Source of the DNA: Naegleria gruberi
Lineage: Eukaryota
DNA: 64,000 nt
Assembly: GCA_000004985.1 (NCBI GenBank)
Contig: GG738847.1
Strand: one strand, 5' to 3'
The notes below the pieces were generated by a model, which was not told the DNA's origin, searched no databases, and saw only the letters and a list, made by a program, of their open reading frames with translations. Of this stretch, positions 10,559-20,439 are shown in pieces (the stretch's first letter is position 1; each line of letters begins with the position of its first letter). The position numbers and the translations under genes were made by a program.

Positions 10559-11161
10559 ATGTCTCAAAACCTTCTCACGGCTGCCACTACCATGAACAAT
10601 CACGAAGAAGAGCTTGAAGTTCCAGGCTTTTCATGGATTATAGAATCGGAATTGGCTGGTATGAAATTTCCATCCCTTCCCGAACATTACAAAAATTTAA
10701 ATCATCATCACATTGGTTTGGTGATTTGTGTGAATGAGAGGGTAGCTTCCTTTGTTGAACAATTACCTCATTCAGAATATTTTAATTTAATTTCTAAAAA
10801 ATTACAAAAAATAGAAAATTGTGAAGAATTTACTTATAATGTTGGAAAATTGAATATTGCTCATTTTCCTATTAATGATTATGGAGTTCCTAATATGGAA
10901 TTAATGAATGAAATGATAAAATTGGTAGAATATGTGAGAAAGGTGGATTCGAACAGGGGAATTGTTGTGCATTGCATGGCTGGACTTTCTAGGACTGGAA
11001 TGATTCTGGCATGTTTGTTGGTGAGAGTATGGAAAATGACATTTGAGGAGTCAATCAAGTTGGTCAATCAGAAGAGAGGAAGAAATGGTAGAGGAGTAAT
11101 GACTAGCAAGCAAGAAGCATTTGTGGAAGATTTTTCAAAGACTATTCCTAATATTCAATAA
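10559..11161 (+). CDS. Dual-specificity protein phosphatase, DUSP23/VH1-like low-molecular-weight type (200 aa)
   Basis: aaaaaaaATG start. Catalytic CX5R loop VVHCMAGLSRTGMILACLLV. N-terminal FSWIIESELAGMKFP resembles DUSP23 (NFSWVLPGRLAG). Confidence 0.85.
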   Translation: MSQNLLTAATTMNNHEEELEVPGFSWIIESELAGMKFPSLPEHYKNLNHHHIGLVICVNERVASFVEQLPHSEYFNLISKKLQKIENCEEFTYNVGKLNIAHFPINDYGVPNMELMNEMIKLVEYVRKVDSNRGIVVHCMAGLSRTGMILACLLVRVWKMTFEESIKLVNQKRGRNGRGVMTSKQEAFVEDFSKTIPNIQ

Positions 11162-11245
11162 GATTACTATTTTTAAATACTATTTCGAATCTTACTAATT
11201 AAGAGCTAAAAATTTACTTCTTGAATGCGTCGACCGGGAATTGAA

Positions 11246-12029
11246 ATTTCCTTTTTTGGAATTCATTTAACTTTTAATTTTATGATGAAATTATGAATGT
11301 TTTATTTTAATATTATTCATGATGTGAAACATCATGTTGAATTCTGTTCATAATATTTAATTCATGATGTGAAACATCATGTTGAATTATTAACAAATGT
11401 TGTTCTTCAATTTTTAATTGAATGTTGTTCTTTCATTGAATGTTGGAAATATTGGAAAGTTGGAAATAAAAGTTGGAAGTTAGGTAACGGGTTATGGAAT
11501 TACCTAATGTGGAAATTGAATTCAATTTTGAAATTGAATTAATACAATGTTTTTTAAATTATTATTATTTAAATGTATTTCACACATTAATTTTGATAAT
11601 GTAATATTAAAGATATTGATAATTGGGTATAGGGAAACGGAATTTCCTAATTGGGAGTCATCACACAATAAATTAAATTTATTATTTATTCATTGATGAT
11701 GTTCACAAACTTTGAATTAACATATTACATGATGAATCAATTACAAAATTAACATCACTATTATTCTGGGGGCAAAATGAACATTAACCATCGGGTAACG
11801 GAAATTGACACATATACCACTTAATTAACAAATTGAATATTAACCATCGGGTAACGGATTTTAATACATGTATTAGTATGTTGATAATTGGTCGACGCAC
11901 AGAAATTTAAATAAACAGAATTAACAAGAATAAAAGCAAAATCCTACATAAGAGTTGGAGAACGGGAAATGAAATTCCCAAATTGAGAAACACAACATGC
12001 ACAATCACAATAATTCATACTATCAAAAT
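11246..12029. mobile_element. 784-bp non-coding repetitive insertion inside the tRNA-Gly T-loop, flanked by 8-bp target-site duplication (gaattgaa at 11238..11245 and 12030..12037); non-autonomous, no ORF
   Basis: Flanks reconstitute an intact tRNA when the insert plus one octamer copy is removed. Interior contains degenerate ~50-70 bp units carrying near-palindromic cores (ccgggaattgaaatttcc, gaacgggaaatgaaattccc, ggaaacggaatttcc, ggtaacgggttatggaattacc). Also a 20-bp direct repeat attaaccatcgggtaacgga at 11784 and 11841. Termini are attt...aaat. Confidence 0.6.
11315..11388. repeat. Two copies of a 29-bp direct repeat attcatgatgtgaaacatcatgttgaatt (11315..11343 and 11360..11388), each containing the hairpin catgatg-tgaaa-catcatg
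   Basis: Exact direct repeat read from sequence, period 45 bp, inside the insertion element. Followed by short tandem motifs tgaatgttgttct x2 and gttggaa(a)t x3. Confidence 0.8.
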
Positions 12030-12139
12030 GAATTGAACCCGGGTCACGGCGATGGCAACGCCGTATTCTACCACTAAACCATCGACGCTTCTTATTAAGG
12101 TACTAAGGCTCATCAAATTTTATTCAAAATGATGTTTTA

Positions 12140-12838
12140 CTAACCAGATTTTTTACAGAAAATCCATTCCAATCCTTCATACAAATTACTCTCATTATCC
12201 GAATGTAGCACCACCATCGTATTCTCCTTCTCATATTCTTGCTCCATAAACTTCTCCACAAATTGTTTAGCCTCCAATGCACGTACTATATGGTCATTGG
12301 TTCTGTGATCCGAATAAATAACAAATAAAATAGGTCGAAAATTCTTCTTCTTTTCAGGAGGAATGAAAAAATAATCATTTTGCCTTTCCACACTATCATC
12401 ACATTTTGCACGTTTTATCATGTCTTTCAATGAAAACATATAGCCATCGAATACTTGTTCAACAGTTTGTGGCCACAATGAATGAATTCTAATCCAAATC
12501 ACAAGTGCATCTCCTCCTTTAATATAATTCGGATACAAGTATTTAATATGAGTATATTTGGAAACATCTCGATCTTCAATAAAGAAATTTTTAAATTCTG
12601 TTTTATAGATTCGAGATTCTTCTTTTATCGGAGAATGTTCATCTGTGATGTGATTTGATTCATAGAGCAGTTTAGCAATTTCCTTATATCCTTCTGCAGA
12701 TACTCCAGAAAAGGAAAAGACAAAAAACTTTTTCTGTGGTCGCCCTACATAATCATAGATTGAATATAAAAATCGATAGATACTTGATGAATAGAGCATC
12801 TGATCAAATTGTTCCAGCAGATCACTAAAATCCATCAT
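12140..12838 (-). CDS. Hypothetical protein (232 aa), family not recognised
   Basis: Minus ORF. ATG pair at 12838 (MMDFSDLLEQ) after a T/A-rich leader. No TM or signal peptide. Confidence 0.45.
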   Translation of the reverse strand: MMDFSDLLEQFDQMLYSSSIYRFLYSIYDYVGRPQKKFFVFSFSGVSAEGYKEIAKLLYESNHITDEHSPIKEESRIYKTEFKNFFIEDRDVSKYTHIKYLYPNYIKGGDALVIWIRIHSLWPQTVEQVFDGYMFSLKDMIKRAKCDDSVERQNDYFFIPPEKKKNFRPILFVIYSDHRTNDHIVRALEAKQFVEKFMEQEYEKENTMVVLHSDNESNLYEGLEWIFCKKSG

Positions 12839-13216
12839 TTTTTTAATATTTTTAATTTTAAATAAAATATTAATCAAATACTCTCATGCTCTACTTTGCT
12901 TTGGTTCTCTCTAAGTGTCATTCTATTTCTGATCATGAAAATTAAATGTTGAAAAATAGAGTTGATGGTAATGGTTGTAAAATCAGATTCAATTTTAAAA
13001 TGGCGCCTAAATTTTGAATATTTGTTACAATAAAACTGTGAGCCAATCAAAAAGTACCAATTCAGAAGTTCTGGGATAGTTGCTGATGGTTGTGCAACAC
13101 GCGCTAAAAATCCGTGCTCGACTGGAGATTTTGAAAAATGCCTCAACAAACATTTATAATGTCAAATGATAACAGTCAACTGTCCAGTATGTTAAAAAAA
13201 ACAACAACATTAAATA

Positions 13217-13540
13217 ATGAATAAGATTACTCTCTGTATTCTCTTTGCTTTGGTTGTCTTGGTTGCTCTCGTTAGTGCCCAACAACAAGAAGAACAATCC
13301 CCAGCTCAACTTTTGAGAAGTATTGCTCGTAGATTGTACCCAAATTCTTCTGATCGTCAAATTGCCAAGAAATTGTTCCCAGGTATTAGAAAGTTGAAGA
13401 AACCAAGCACTGATAAGTTGCTTAGTTTGATTTCTGCTTTGAGTGATTCCCAATCTTTCGATTGTGCTAGATATTGTGCTGGAAGTACTGGAGACTACAA
13501 GGTTTCTTGCTACCAACATTGTCAACGTTATAATTTGTAA
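13217..13540 (+). CDS. Small secreted Cys-containing peptide (107 aa)
   Basis: Signal peptide MNKITLCILFALVVLVALVSA then poly-Q. C-terminal four-Cys motif DCARYCAGSTGDYKVSCYQHCQRY. Confidence 0.5.
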   Translation: MNKITLCILFALVVLVALVSAQQQEEQSPAQLLRSIARRLYPNSSDRQIAKKLFPGIRKLKKPSTDKLLSLISALSDSQSFDCARYCAGSTGDYKVSCYQHCQRYNL

Positions 13541-13868
13541 TTTGGTCGTTGACAAAGTAGTATCAACATTTTGGCAAATTCATCATCATTCGAATAAAGT
13601 TTAGAATTTCGTCAACTACAAAACATCTATTGATAATTTCGGAACAGGGATTCACATGCACAATATTTTGAAATACAACATTACAAGCACTACTGAATTC
13701 AAATTCATACATGTATTTTAAGAATTGATTATTTATTGACACAACAATATTTAATGAAAACTTTCAATTCAAAGAGAAACTATCCATGGTTTAATAAGTA
13801 TAATATCACTACTTCAAATACTCTCATATAAAGTAGAACAAAAGCCACACAACTAACATGCAATTTCT

Positions 13869-15965
13869 TTAATATCTGCTAATAAAAAGCCATGCATTTG
13901 GTTCTTTACCAGTTATAACACAAACATCCCCAGACTCAATTTTAGGGAATCTATCCACAAGATGTTGGTTAGACAATTCTGAAAATTTTGAATATCCTCT
14001 AAATTCAGCATTTGTTTTCTTGTAAAAATCCTCTTCCACTTCATGAATCCTATCCCACAACTCTTCACTAATATGGATTGGAGCAACAACATGCCAGAAT
14101 GGCGAATTAGTAATTGTCTTGGCATTGTATTCCATTTGTTGCTTTTTTCTCATCTTTGGATCTGTGCTTTGTAAGTTTTGTTTGAATTTTTCGTTAAAGG
14201 TTGAAATTAATTCTTCCATAGATTGAGCTTTTACAATTTGCACTCTATTCAAAATTGATTCCTTCAAATGTGAATCTTCCTTATCTAGTAGAGAACTGAT
14301 CATTTCGAAATTGACTTCATTGGCAGGAATTGTAGATTTCTTCAAACTATTTCTTCCCTTGATTGTAATGGTACTTCCTTCCAACTCTTGTTTTCCAATT
14401 GATACTACAAGTGAAACTCCTTTACTCTCCCACTGATAGAACTTTTCCACATTCTTGGTTGCATATCTCATATCGGCATGAACTCTAAAACCAAATGATT
14501 TGAGTTTCTTCTCCATGCTCCTCACATTCTCATACAATATATTGGTATCACAAGATTTACTGAGCATTGGAACAATAACTATTTGATACTTGTTCATGGT
14601 AGAGTGCAGTCTCAACCCCTTGTCATCTGAGCATGAAGCTGCACAAGCTCCAAGAATTCTAGAAGATATATTGCCACAAGTTTGAAAAATTGGCTGAACA
14701 AATATTTGAGATCAATACATGTTGTGAAAAATGTGAATAACTTACAGAAGTGAAATTATCTTGTTTCAATCTATACACGATATTGTACACATCTGAAAAT
14801 ATCCTTCCATAATACTTTCATTAAATGAAACAAATTAAAGTAGAATTCACTTGAAACAACTTACATTAGTTCTTGCAATATTTACACTAGTATTTACAAA
14901 AGGTAGACTCACATCAAACACAATGGCTTGTTTACAATGTGAGAATGCCTTCCAAGGGAAGAGATGATAGCTAATACCATTCCACAAATTACAAACATTC
15001 AATAGAACTGGAAGGTAAACTCTATTCCACATTATGTCATTCATATAAGAAAGAGCATTCTCCTCTGATTCGTGACAGGTATGAATTTCATGCTGATATT
15101 GCTCCTTATTTCCATAAAACAATGGCAATTGAATTCCCTCATCACTCATTACTTGTTGAAAATTCTTTGTCTTACAAATCACCTTATATGGTAACTGAAT
15201 ATAACTCCTTATAATATTCTTAAGGTATGGGAAGATAGCCCACTCACTATTTGGTTTCAAATAAACATTTGGATAATTAAACTTCATTTCATAATCCTCA
15301 TAAATATATCCTCTACTAAGTGAAAACAATTTAGGATCCATCACATGTTGAAATGCATTGACATTGAATAATGAATTTGTTTCCTTAACCTCTTCCATTA
15401 TACTATCAACTTCAACTTGTGATGATTCATTCCACTCTGGTTCTTCATAATCATCAAATCTAACCAATGGATCAGCACCCAATTCCATCATGGCCGAATT
15501 ATTATTATTACTATTATTCATCAATTGTTGTTGATATTCTTCACCATCTTCCTGTTGTTGACTTCTTGGATTTGGATTACTATTTGATAAGGGTTGATCT
15601 CTCAAACTAACCAGCATGGGTAAATCAATCCTCTCCAATTTCTTCTCTTCTATGGCTCCGATCATTGTCTTTTGTGAGGAGGTTATTCCTTCATCCTTAT
15701 TAGAGGAGGAATCTTGATCGGAAGAGGTTTTCAGAATTTCATCAATTAATTTGGCCTTTTCCAAAGCTTCCTCCTCATCAAATCTTTCATCCACTTTGCC
15801 AAATAATTTATCCATCAATTCAAGTGCCTGTTCCTTCCAAATGATGTGTCCATCGAGTGAGTATCGTTCATCCACAAAATTCAAAATCATTGGAGAGGTA
15901 CTCCACTCCTGAAGCCAAGCTTGAAATTGTGTTAGCTCGACGGTGGTTATTCCTTGAGAAGACAT
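13869..15965 (-). CDS. Prolyl-tRNA synthetase-like protein, eukaryote/archaeal-type with C-terminal domain. Three exons: 14865..15965, 14746..14792, 13869..14693
   Basis: Class II aaRS blocks. Motif-1 region SYIQLPYKVICKTKNF ~ ProRS SYKQLP..Q.TKF. Motif-3 region PIFQTCGNISSRILGACAAS. Anticodon-binding domain YQIVIVPM..KKLKSFGFRVHADMRY..KGVSLVVSIGKQELE. C-terminal extension like eukaryotic ProRS. Introns 14793..14864 (GTAAGT..TTTTCAG) and 14694..14745 (GTAAGT..TTGTTCAG). The exon-1 donor and phase of the 47-nt micro-exon are uncertain. Confidence 0.6.
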
Positions 15966-16258
15966 TTTTTTTTAATTGATTTGAAAGTGAAGAATGCACT
16001 TGTGAAATTGATATTGTAAAGTTAGTTTGGATTGTGGTGATTATAGAGATTCATGACATGCACTTTCGAATAAATGCATTAGGTGTCTTATAGGGGATAT
16101 TTTGAAAAAATTACACCTTGAGTGAAAAGGATTATCAAGAATAAGCCTTCCTAAAACTTTCTTATAAAACCATTGTCGACAACTAATAAGAGAAATCATT
16201 TTGGCGATCAATTTTCACATGTCACCAAAATTTAAATCAAAAAAACAAATCAAAAAAA

Positions 16259-17158
16259 ATGTCATCAGCAATCCTCTCCCGTTTAGAAACCTGTGTAACT
16301 CGCTTGCAAAAAATCAATCCAAAATCATCTTCTGGTGGTAGTTCTTCATCATCAAGCGATGCTGCTCCTCAAGTTGTTGCCTATGAAGAATATTACAATG
16401 ATAATATTGTTCCATTGTTGGAAACCATGACAAAGATTGGAGGTGAAACTGCTCAAATGGTTAGTTTCTTCTTTTCAATGTTCAATATTTAATCTTCATC
16501 ACATTTTCATGTTATTATTCGAATGTTAATATACTATTGTATTATTATTTTGTAAATATTATAGAAAGATGCTGTTGAACAAGGATTCAAGGGATTAGGT
16601 AAAGTCATTGCTTTGGCTTCCACTCATCGTAAACCATCAAGTAATTATGACGAAACTATTGGTCAAATTCTTCAAAACAGTGGAATTGGACAAGCTTTGC
16701 AAACAACTGCTGATTTCCGTTTCAAGAATTTCAAATCAACTCAAGTTAATCATTTATATGCCATTGAAGAAGGTTTGAAGGTTGTTTTGTGGCCAACTAC
16801 CAATACTACTATTTCCTATGTTAAGGTATGTTTTAATTATTTTAACATCAAATATCTGATATTTGGTTTTCATTCATCACAAATTTACTTTTCACTTTGG
16901 TCTATTCTATCTATTTATGTGAATGATTTTGTTGAATATTGGATTTATATCTGAAAAATATATTAGGAAATGGTTAATGCAGTTTCATTCTATACAATGA
17001 AGGTTTTGACCTCAACAAAGACTAATAGTGATGCTGAAGTTCACAAGGCCTATGTCAACCAATGGAAAACATTGATTGAAGCCATGTCTGTTTATGTGAA
17101 GGAATTCCACATGACTGGATTGACTTTTAATCCAAAGGCTGCTCAAGAAGCTAAATAA
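16259..17158 (+). CDS. Cyclase-associated protein (CAP/Srv2) N-terminal helical-folded-domain homolog, short form (217 aa). Exons 16259..16459, 16565..16825, 16967..17158
   Basis: MSSAILSRLETCVTRL ~ CAP N-terminus (MADMQNLVERLERAVGRLE). AVSFYTMKVL..VHKAYVNQWKTLIEAMSVYVKEFHMTGLTFNP ~ CAP1 [39 protein letters not shown]. Introns 16460..16564 (GTTAGT..ATAG) and 16826..16966 (GTATGT..TTAG). In-frame TAA right after ..KAAQEAK. Confidence 0.7.
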
Positions 17159-17185
17159 ATTGTACATTATGTTGTTTTAATAAAG

Positions 17186-18067
17186 TCAATTATGACTTCC
17201 CCAAAAGAAAGTATTTCTCATCTTTTGTAATTTTTCTAATGCACCACTACATGTTCTTCCAATTTCTGTTTGTGTATCATTAATTCGTCTTAAAATAGAG
17301 TACATGTTTAGTATTTCCTCCGTTATATCACCAATAACTTTCATGTCTACATATAATTGATCGAACCACTTTCTGGCCTTTTCCTTGTTGATATTATTTT
17401 CTTCATCGTTCTTTAATATTGAAGTCATGTAAATGGATGTCAGGGACACCAGATAGGGTGGATATTTTAGAACCACCTCCGAATAGAAGCTATCATTCAC
17501 AATATTCCAACAAATCTGATACAGAGATTTATCAAGTTCTGCATCCTTTACATAGGTCATGAGGGAAGTATGAGAGTGAAAAACTGTTAAATTAAAATTC
17601 AATTGTTCCATTAAATATAATTCACATTCCAAAATTTGTTGTAGTGGGTAAGGAAAAAGTGTGGTAACATCCTTTGTATCATAATTTTGTGATGATGGTG
17701 TTTCCTTCCCCAAACATATTTGATGTATATTCTTAGCATTGAGTGGACATTCTTCGATTTTACTTGCCAACAACAATGCTGCAGCTCCCAGCAAGGCAGG
17801 ATCACAATCGGAAATACTATTCTGACAATAAAATCGTTTAAAATACACCATTGCTGTTGAAACTACTCTCAGATGGCCACCCACTTTCTTTCCAATATCT
17901 TTTAAATTTTTAATAGTACTCATCAAAATTAATTGTTTTTCCAAGGGAGAAAATTGTGCATCGGGATCGGATGTATCAAGCTGCTGAAGGGATGTTTGTG
18001 GTTGATTCGAAGAAGCTTGCTGCTGTTGTTTTTTAGATAATTGTGTTTGTATCCATTTGCTAATCAT
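17186..18067 (-). CDS. Cyclin C (CDK8/Mediator kinase-module cyclin)
   Basis: Cyclin box LRVVSTAMVYFKRFYCQNSISDCDPALLGAAALLLASKIEE. FPYPLQQILECELYLMEQLNFNLTVFH ~ human cyclin C FPYRMNHILECEFYLLELMDCCLIVYH. ATG at 18067 (MISKWIQTQ); ORF-track start upstream is non-ATG. Confidence 0.85.
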   Translation of the reverse strand: MISKWIQTQLSKKQQQQASSNQPQTSLQQLDTSDPDAQFSPLEKQLILMSTIKNLKDIGKKVGGHLRVVSTAMVYFKRFYCQNSISDCDPALLGAAALLLASKIEECPLNAKNIHQICLGKETPSSQNYDTKDVTTLFPYPLQQILECELYLMEQLNFNLTVFHSHTSLMTYVKDAELDKSLYQICWNIVNDSFYSEVVLKYPPYLVSLTSIYMTSILKNDEENNINKEKARKWFDQLYVDMKVIGDITEEILNMYSILRRINDTQTEIGRTCSGALEKLQKMRNTFFWGSHN

Positions 18068-18748
18068 GTCATTATTTCCAATAGTAATAATAATAATATT
18101 AATAATACAATAATGTTGTTTGTTATGACGATGATGGCCAACAAAATATTCAACACAATAGTAGAACATCAACAATACATCACACACGAGAAAATAAAAA
18201 CACTTCTCCTCCGATAATGTAATTTTTGATTTCTACTTACTATTGTGATGAAACCCAATAATTGTCCATTTTTTTGTATTTTTAGAATTATTAATAAATA
18301 GTATTATCATTTGTAAATTCTTATTGTTAACGTTAACAAGATTTGTTGTTATTGATCAATGATCATGAAATTGTTGATTTATTCCGAATACTACTACTCT
18401 ATCTTTTTGAATTTTTCATTATTGAATGGTCAAAAGTTAGGTGATAAAAACTTGAAATTAATGGTTAATGATGGTGATTATTTATTCTTACCTAAAGAAA
18501 ATGGTTTGATTTCCTGTGTTTCGGAAACAGCTGTAGAAAATTTGGCAGTCTTGGGCTTGATCATATATCCTCTTAATGATTCCCTTAATGAATTTTTGGT
18601 TAATTTCTACAATTTTTTCTATGAGATTTGCAAATTGTATGAATGCTAATTCAATTGGAGTTTGTTCTCTAACGAAGAAATTGACCTTCTTATGATTACC
18701 ATACATATCTATTAATGTTTGATTCTTCAAAAGCATTTGAAAAAAAAA

Positions 18749-20086
18749 ATGAAGAGAAAATATGAAGAAGATTTGCCACAAGAACAACATGATGAAGAAG
18801 TTTCCGTGTTGGCAACCCAAGAGGAGGAAGGAGTAATTTCATTACAAACACAATCATTGGAATCGACGTCGGAAGAGTTTCCAATTGTTGCCACTCAAGA
18901 GTTTGAGCAAAGTGCTCAACAACAATCTTTGAATACTCAGGATAGTTCGAGCCAAGTAGGAGATGTTATTAGTGGATTACAAACACAATCGGAAGTCGTT
19001 GAGAAGACTAGTAAGAAGTGGAAGTTTGAAAATAATTCAACAAGCAAGGATTCTAGCTTTGGAAATTATAAGAATTATTATTCATACAGGTACAATGATG
19101 TGAATGCTGCCAAACCAAAGGAAGATAGGCACTTGATTGATCCAAGATTGGAAATAATTTCAAATTGTTTAACGAATTACTTCAAAAATTCCACGGAGTC
19201 ACCAATTAACCTCAATTGTTTAGATATTGGATGTAATCAAGGGTTATTTTCAATGCAAATGGCTGACTTTTATGAATCCCAACTTGGTGTAAAGGCTGAG
19301 AAAGAAATTTCCTTGAAAAATATGAATGCAATCGATATTGATTCAGTACTAATTAGAAAAGCAAAGGATCATTTAATTAATTTGAAGAGATTCAATGCTA
19401 CAGAGAAGGATCAAGATGAGGACGACAAACTTGGCATGAGTGTTCATACTTATGTGGCTTTACATCGAGCAGAGACTCCAGAGGAAAAGGAAGAGAAAAT
19501 TTTCATCTGGAGAAATAATAGAAAATTATTGAAAGAACATTTGGACAATTCTGTGAATATTTGCCACAAATCCTACATGAATACTCTAATCGATAAGGTA
19601 CATTTCAAGGTGCAGAATTTCGTAGAAGAAATTGTAGAAACAAAGATTTCTGACTTAACAATTGAAAAGATGCAGGAAATTATTTCAAAATCAACAAACA
19701 AGACTCAGGCCACATTTAATATCATTTCTTGCTTGAGTGTAACAAAATGGGTTCACCTTAATTATGGAGATAATTCTGTAAAATTCCTATTCCACAAAAT
19801 TCACAAGCTACTCAAGCCTGGAGGAATATTCATTTTAGAACCTCAACACTGGAAAAGCTACACAAAAAAGAGAGAACTCAACTCTAAAATTCAGGAAAAC
19901 TTTAAACACATCAAATTCAGACCAACAAGCTTTCACGATTATTTGTTGAAGGAAGTTGGCTTTACTTCTAGTGAAACCTTTTTCATTGATGAAAATTCCA
20001 CTGAGACACCAACAGGAAACAAGGAAAATGAAAAAAAGAAGAAGAAGGGATTTAAGAAACGTCCAATAGTTTTTTACTATCGTTGA
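18749..20086 (+). CDS. Bin3-type SAM-dependent RNA methyltransferase (MePCE/BCDIN3 family)
   Basis: SAM-binding motif LDIGCNQGLFSMQMA. Bin3 C-terminal block IISCLSVTKWVHLNYGDNSVKFLFHKIHKLLKPGGIFILEPQHWKSY. ATG at 18749 after a 9-A run; ORF-track start 18719 is TTG. Confidence 0.8.
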   Translation: MKRKYEEDLPQEQHDEEVSVLATQEEEGVISLQTQSLESTSEEFPIVATQEFEQSAQQQSLNTQDSSSQVGDVISGLQTQSEVVEKTSKKWKFENNSTSKDSSFGNYKNYYSYRYNDVNAAKPKEDRHLIDPRLEIISNCLTNYFKNSTESPINLNCLDIGCNQGLFSMQMADFYESQLGVKAEKEISLKNMNAIDIDSVLIRKAKDHLINLKRFNATEKDQDEDDKLGMSVHTYVALHRAETPEEKEEKIFIWRNNRKLLKEHLDNSVNICHKSYMNTLIDKVHFKVQNFVEEIVETKISDLTIEKMQEIISKSTNKTQATFNIISCLSVTKWVHLNYGDNSVKFLFHKIHKLLKPGGIFILEPQHWKSYTKKRELNSKIQENFKHIKFRPTSFHDYLLKEVGFTSSETFFIDENSTETPTGNKENEKKKKKGFKKRPIVFYYR

Positions 20087-20349
20087 GATCAATAGATAGT
20101 TCTGCAGTTTCATTTCACGGATGAATGTTAGTAAAGATGATAATCAAGATGAAGAAATGAATTAAAATTAGGAAATGGTTAATTTTTTTCTTCTAGAAGG
20201 AAGAATTATTGAGAGAATTGAATCAAATCTTTAGAAATTAAAGTGTGACACTACTCAAAGAGTTGCTGCTTTATTGAAATAAGTGACCAATATAAGACAT
20301 GAAACTTTCATACTTAATACCATGAGCAAATTTTCAATATGAATGTGAA

Positions 20350-20422
20350 GGGGATGTAGCTCACATGGTAGAGCGCTTCTTTAGCATGGAAGAGGTACGG
20401 GGATCGATACCCCGCATCTCCA
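20350..20422 (+). tRNA. tRNA-Ala (anticodon AGC)
   Basis: GGGGATGTAGCTCACATGGTAGAGCGCTTCTTTAGCATGGAAGAGGTACGGGGATCGATACCCCGCATCTCCA. G3-U70 pair in acceptor stem, anticodon loop TTAGCAT. Confidence 0.85.
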
Positions 20423-20439
20423 CTCAGTATTTTTAAAGT

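Larger units (their letters stand above)
11226..12088 (-). tRNA. tRNA-Gly (anticodon GCC) gene interrupted in the T-loop: 5' part 12030..12088 (tRNA nt 1-59), 3' part 11226..11245 (TTCAATTCCCGGTCGACGCA)
   Basis: Joining the two parts, dropping one copy of the duplicated octamer, gives a canonical 71-nt tRNA: GCGTCGATGGTTTAGTGGTAGAATACGGCGTTGCCATCGCCGTGACCCGGGTTCAATTCCCGGTCGACGCA. Perfect acceptor stem, anticodon loop TTGCCAT, T-arm CCGGG-TTCAATT-CCCGG. The octamer GAATTGAA (plus-strand) is present at both junctions. Confidence 0.8.

Noticed and set aside
10373-10603. 76-aa minus ORF (and its copy 51381..51707) overlapping the DUSP23 promoter and start
   Set aside because: It overlaps the start of a strongly supported plus-strand gene. 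The copy runs through an N gap. No motif was found.
11226-11909. tgcgtcgacc (11226) and ggtcgacgca (11900) first looked like terminal inverted repeats of a ~680-bp MITE
   Set aside because: gcgtcgacgc is the self-complementary acceptor stem of tRNA-Gly. The 11226 copy is the tRNA 3' end itself, and the real insert boundaries are set by the octamer duplication at 11238/12030, not by these strings.
12951-13150. Locally GC-rich patch (..gttgtgcaacacgcgctaaaaatccgtgctcgactggag..) upstream of the small secreted peptide gene
   Set aside because: I could identify no convincing stem-loop or known ncRNA motif by eye. It is probably promoter sequence.
18359-18884. Overlapping small ORFs between cyclin C and the Bin3 methyltransferase
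   Set aside because: They have AT-rich low-complexity translations, overlap one another on both strands, and show no motifs. The region is most likely an intergenic promoter.
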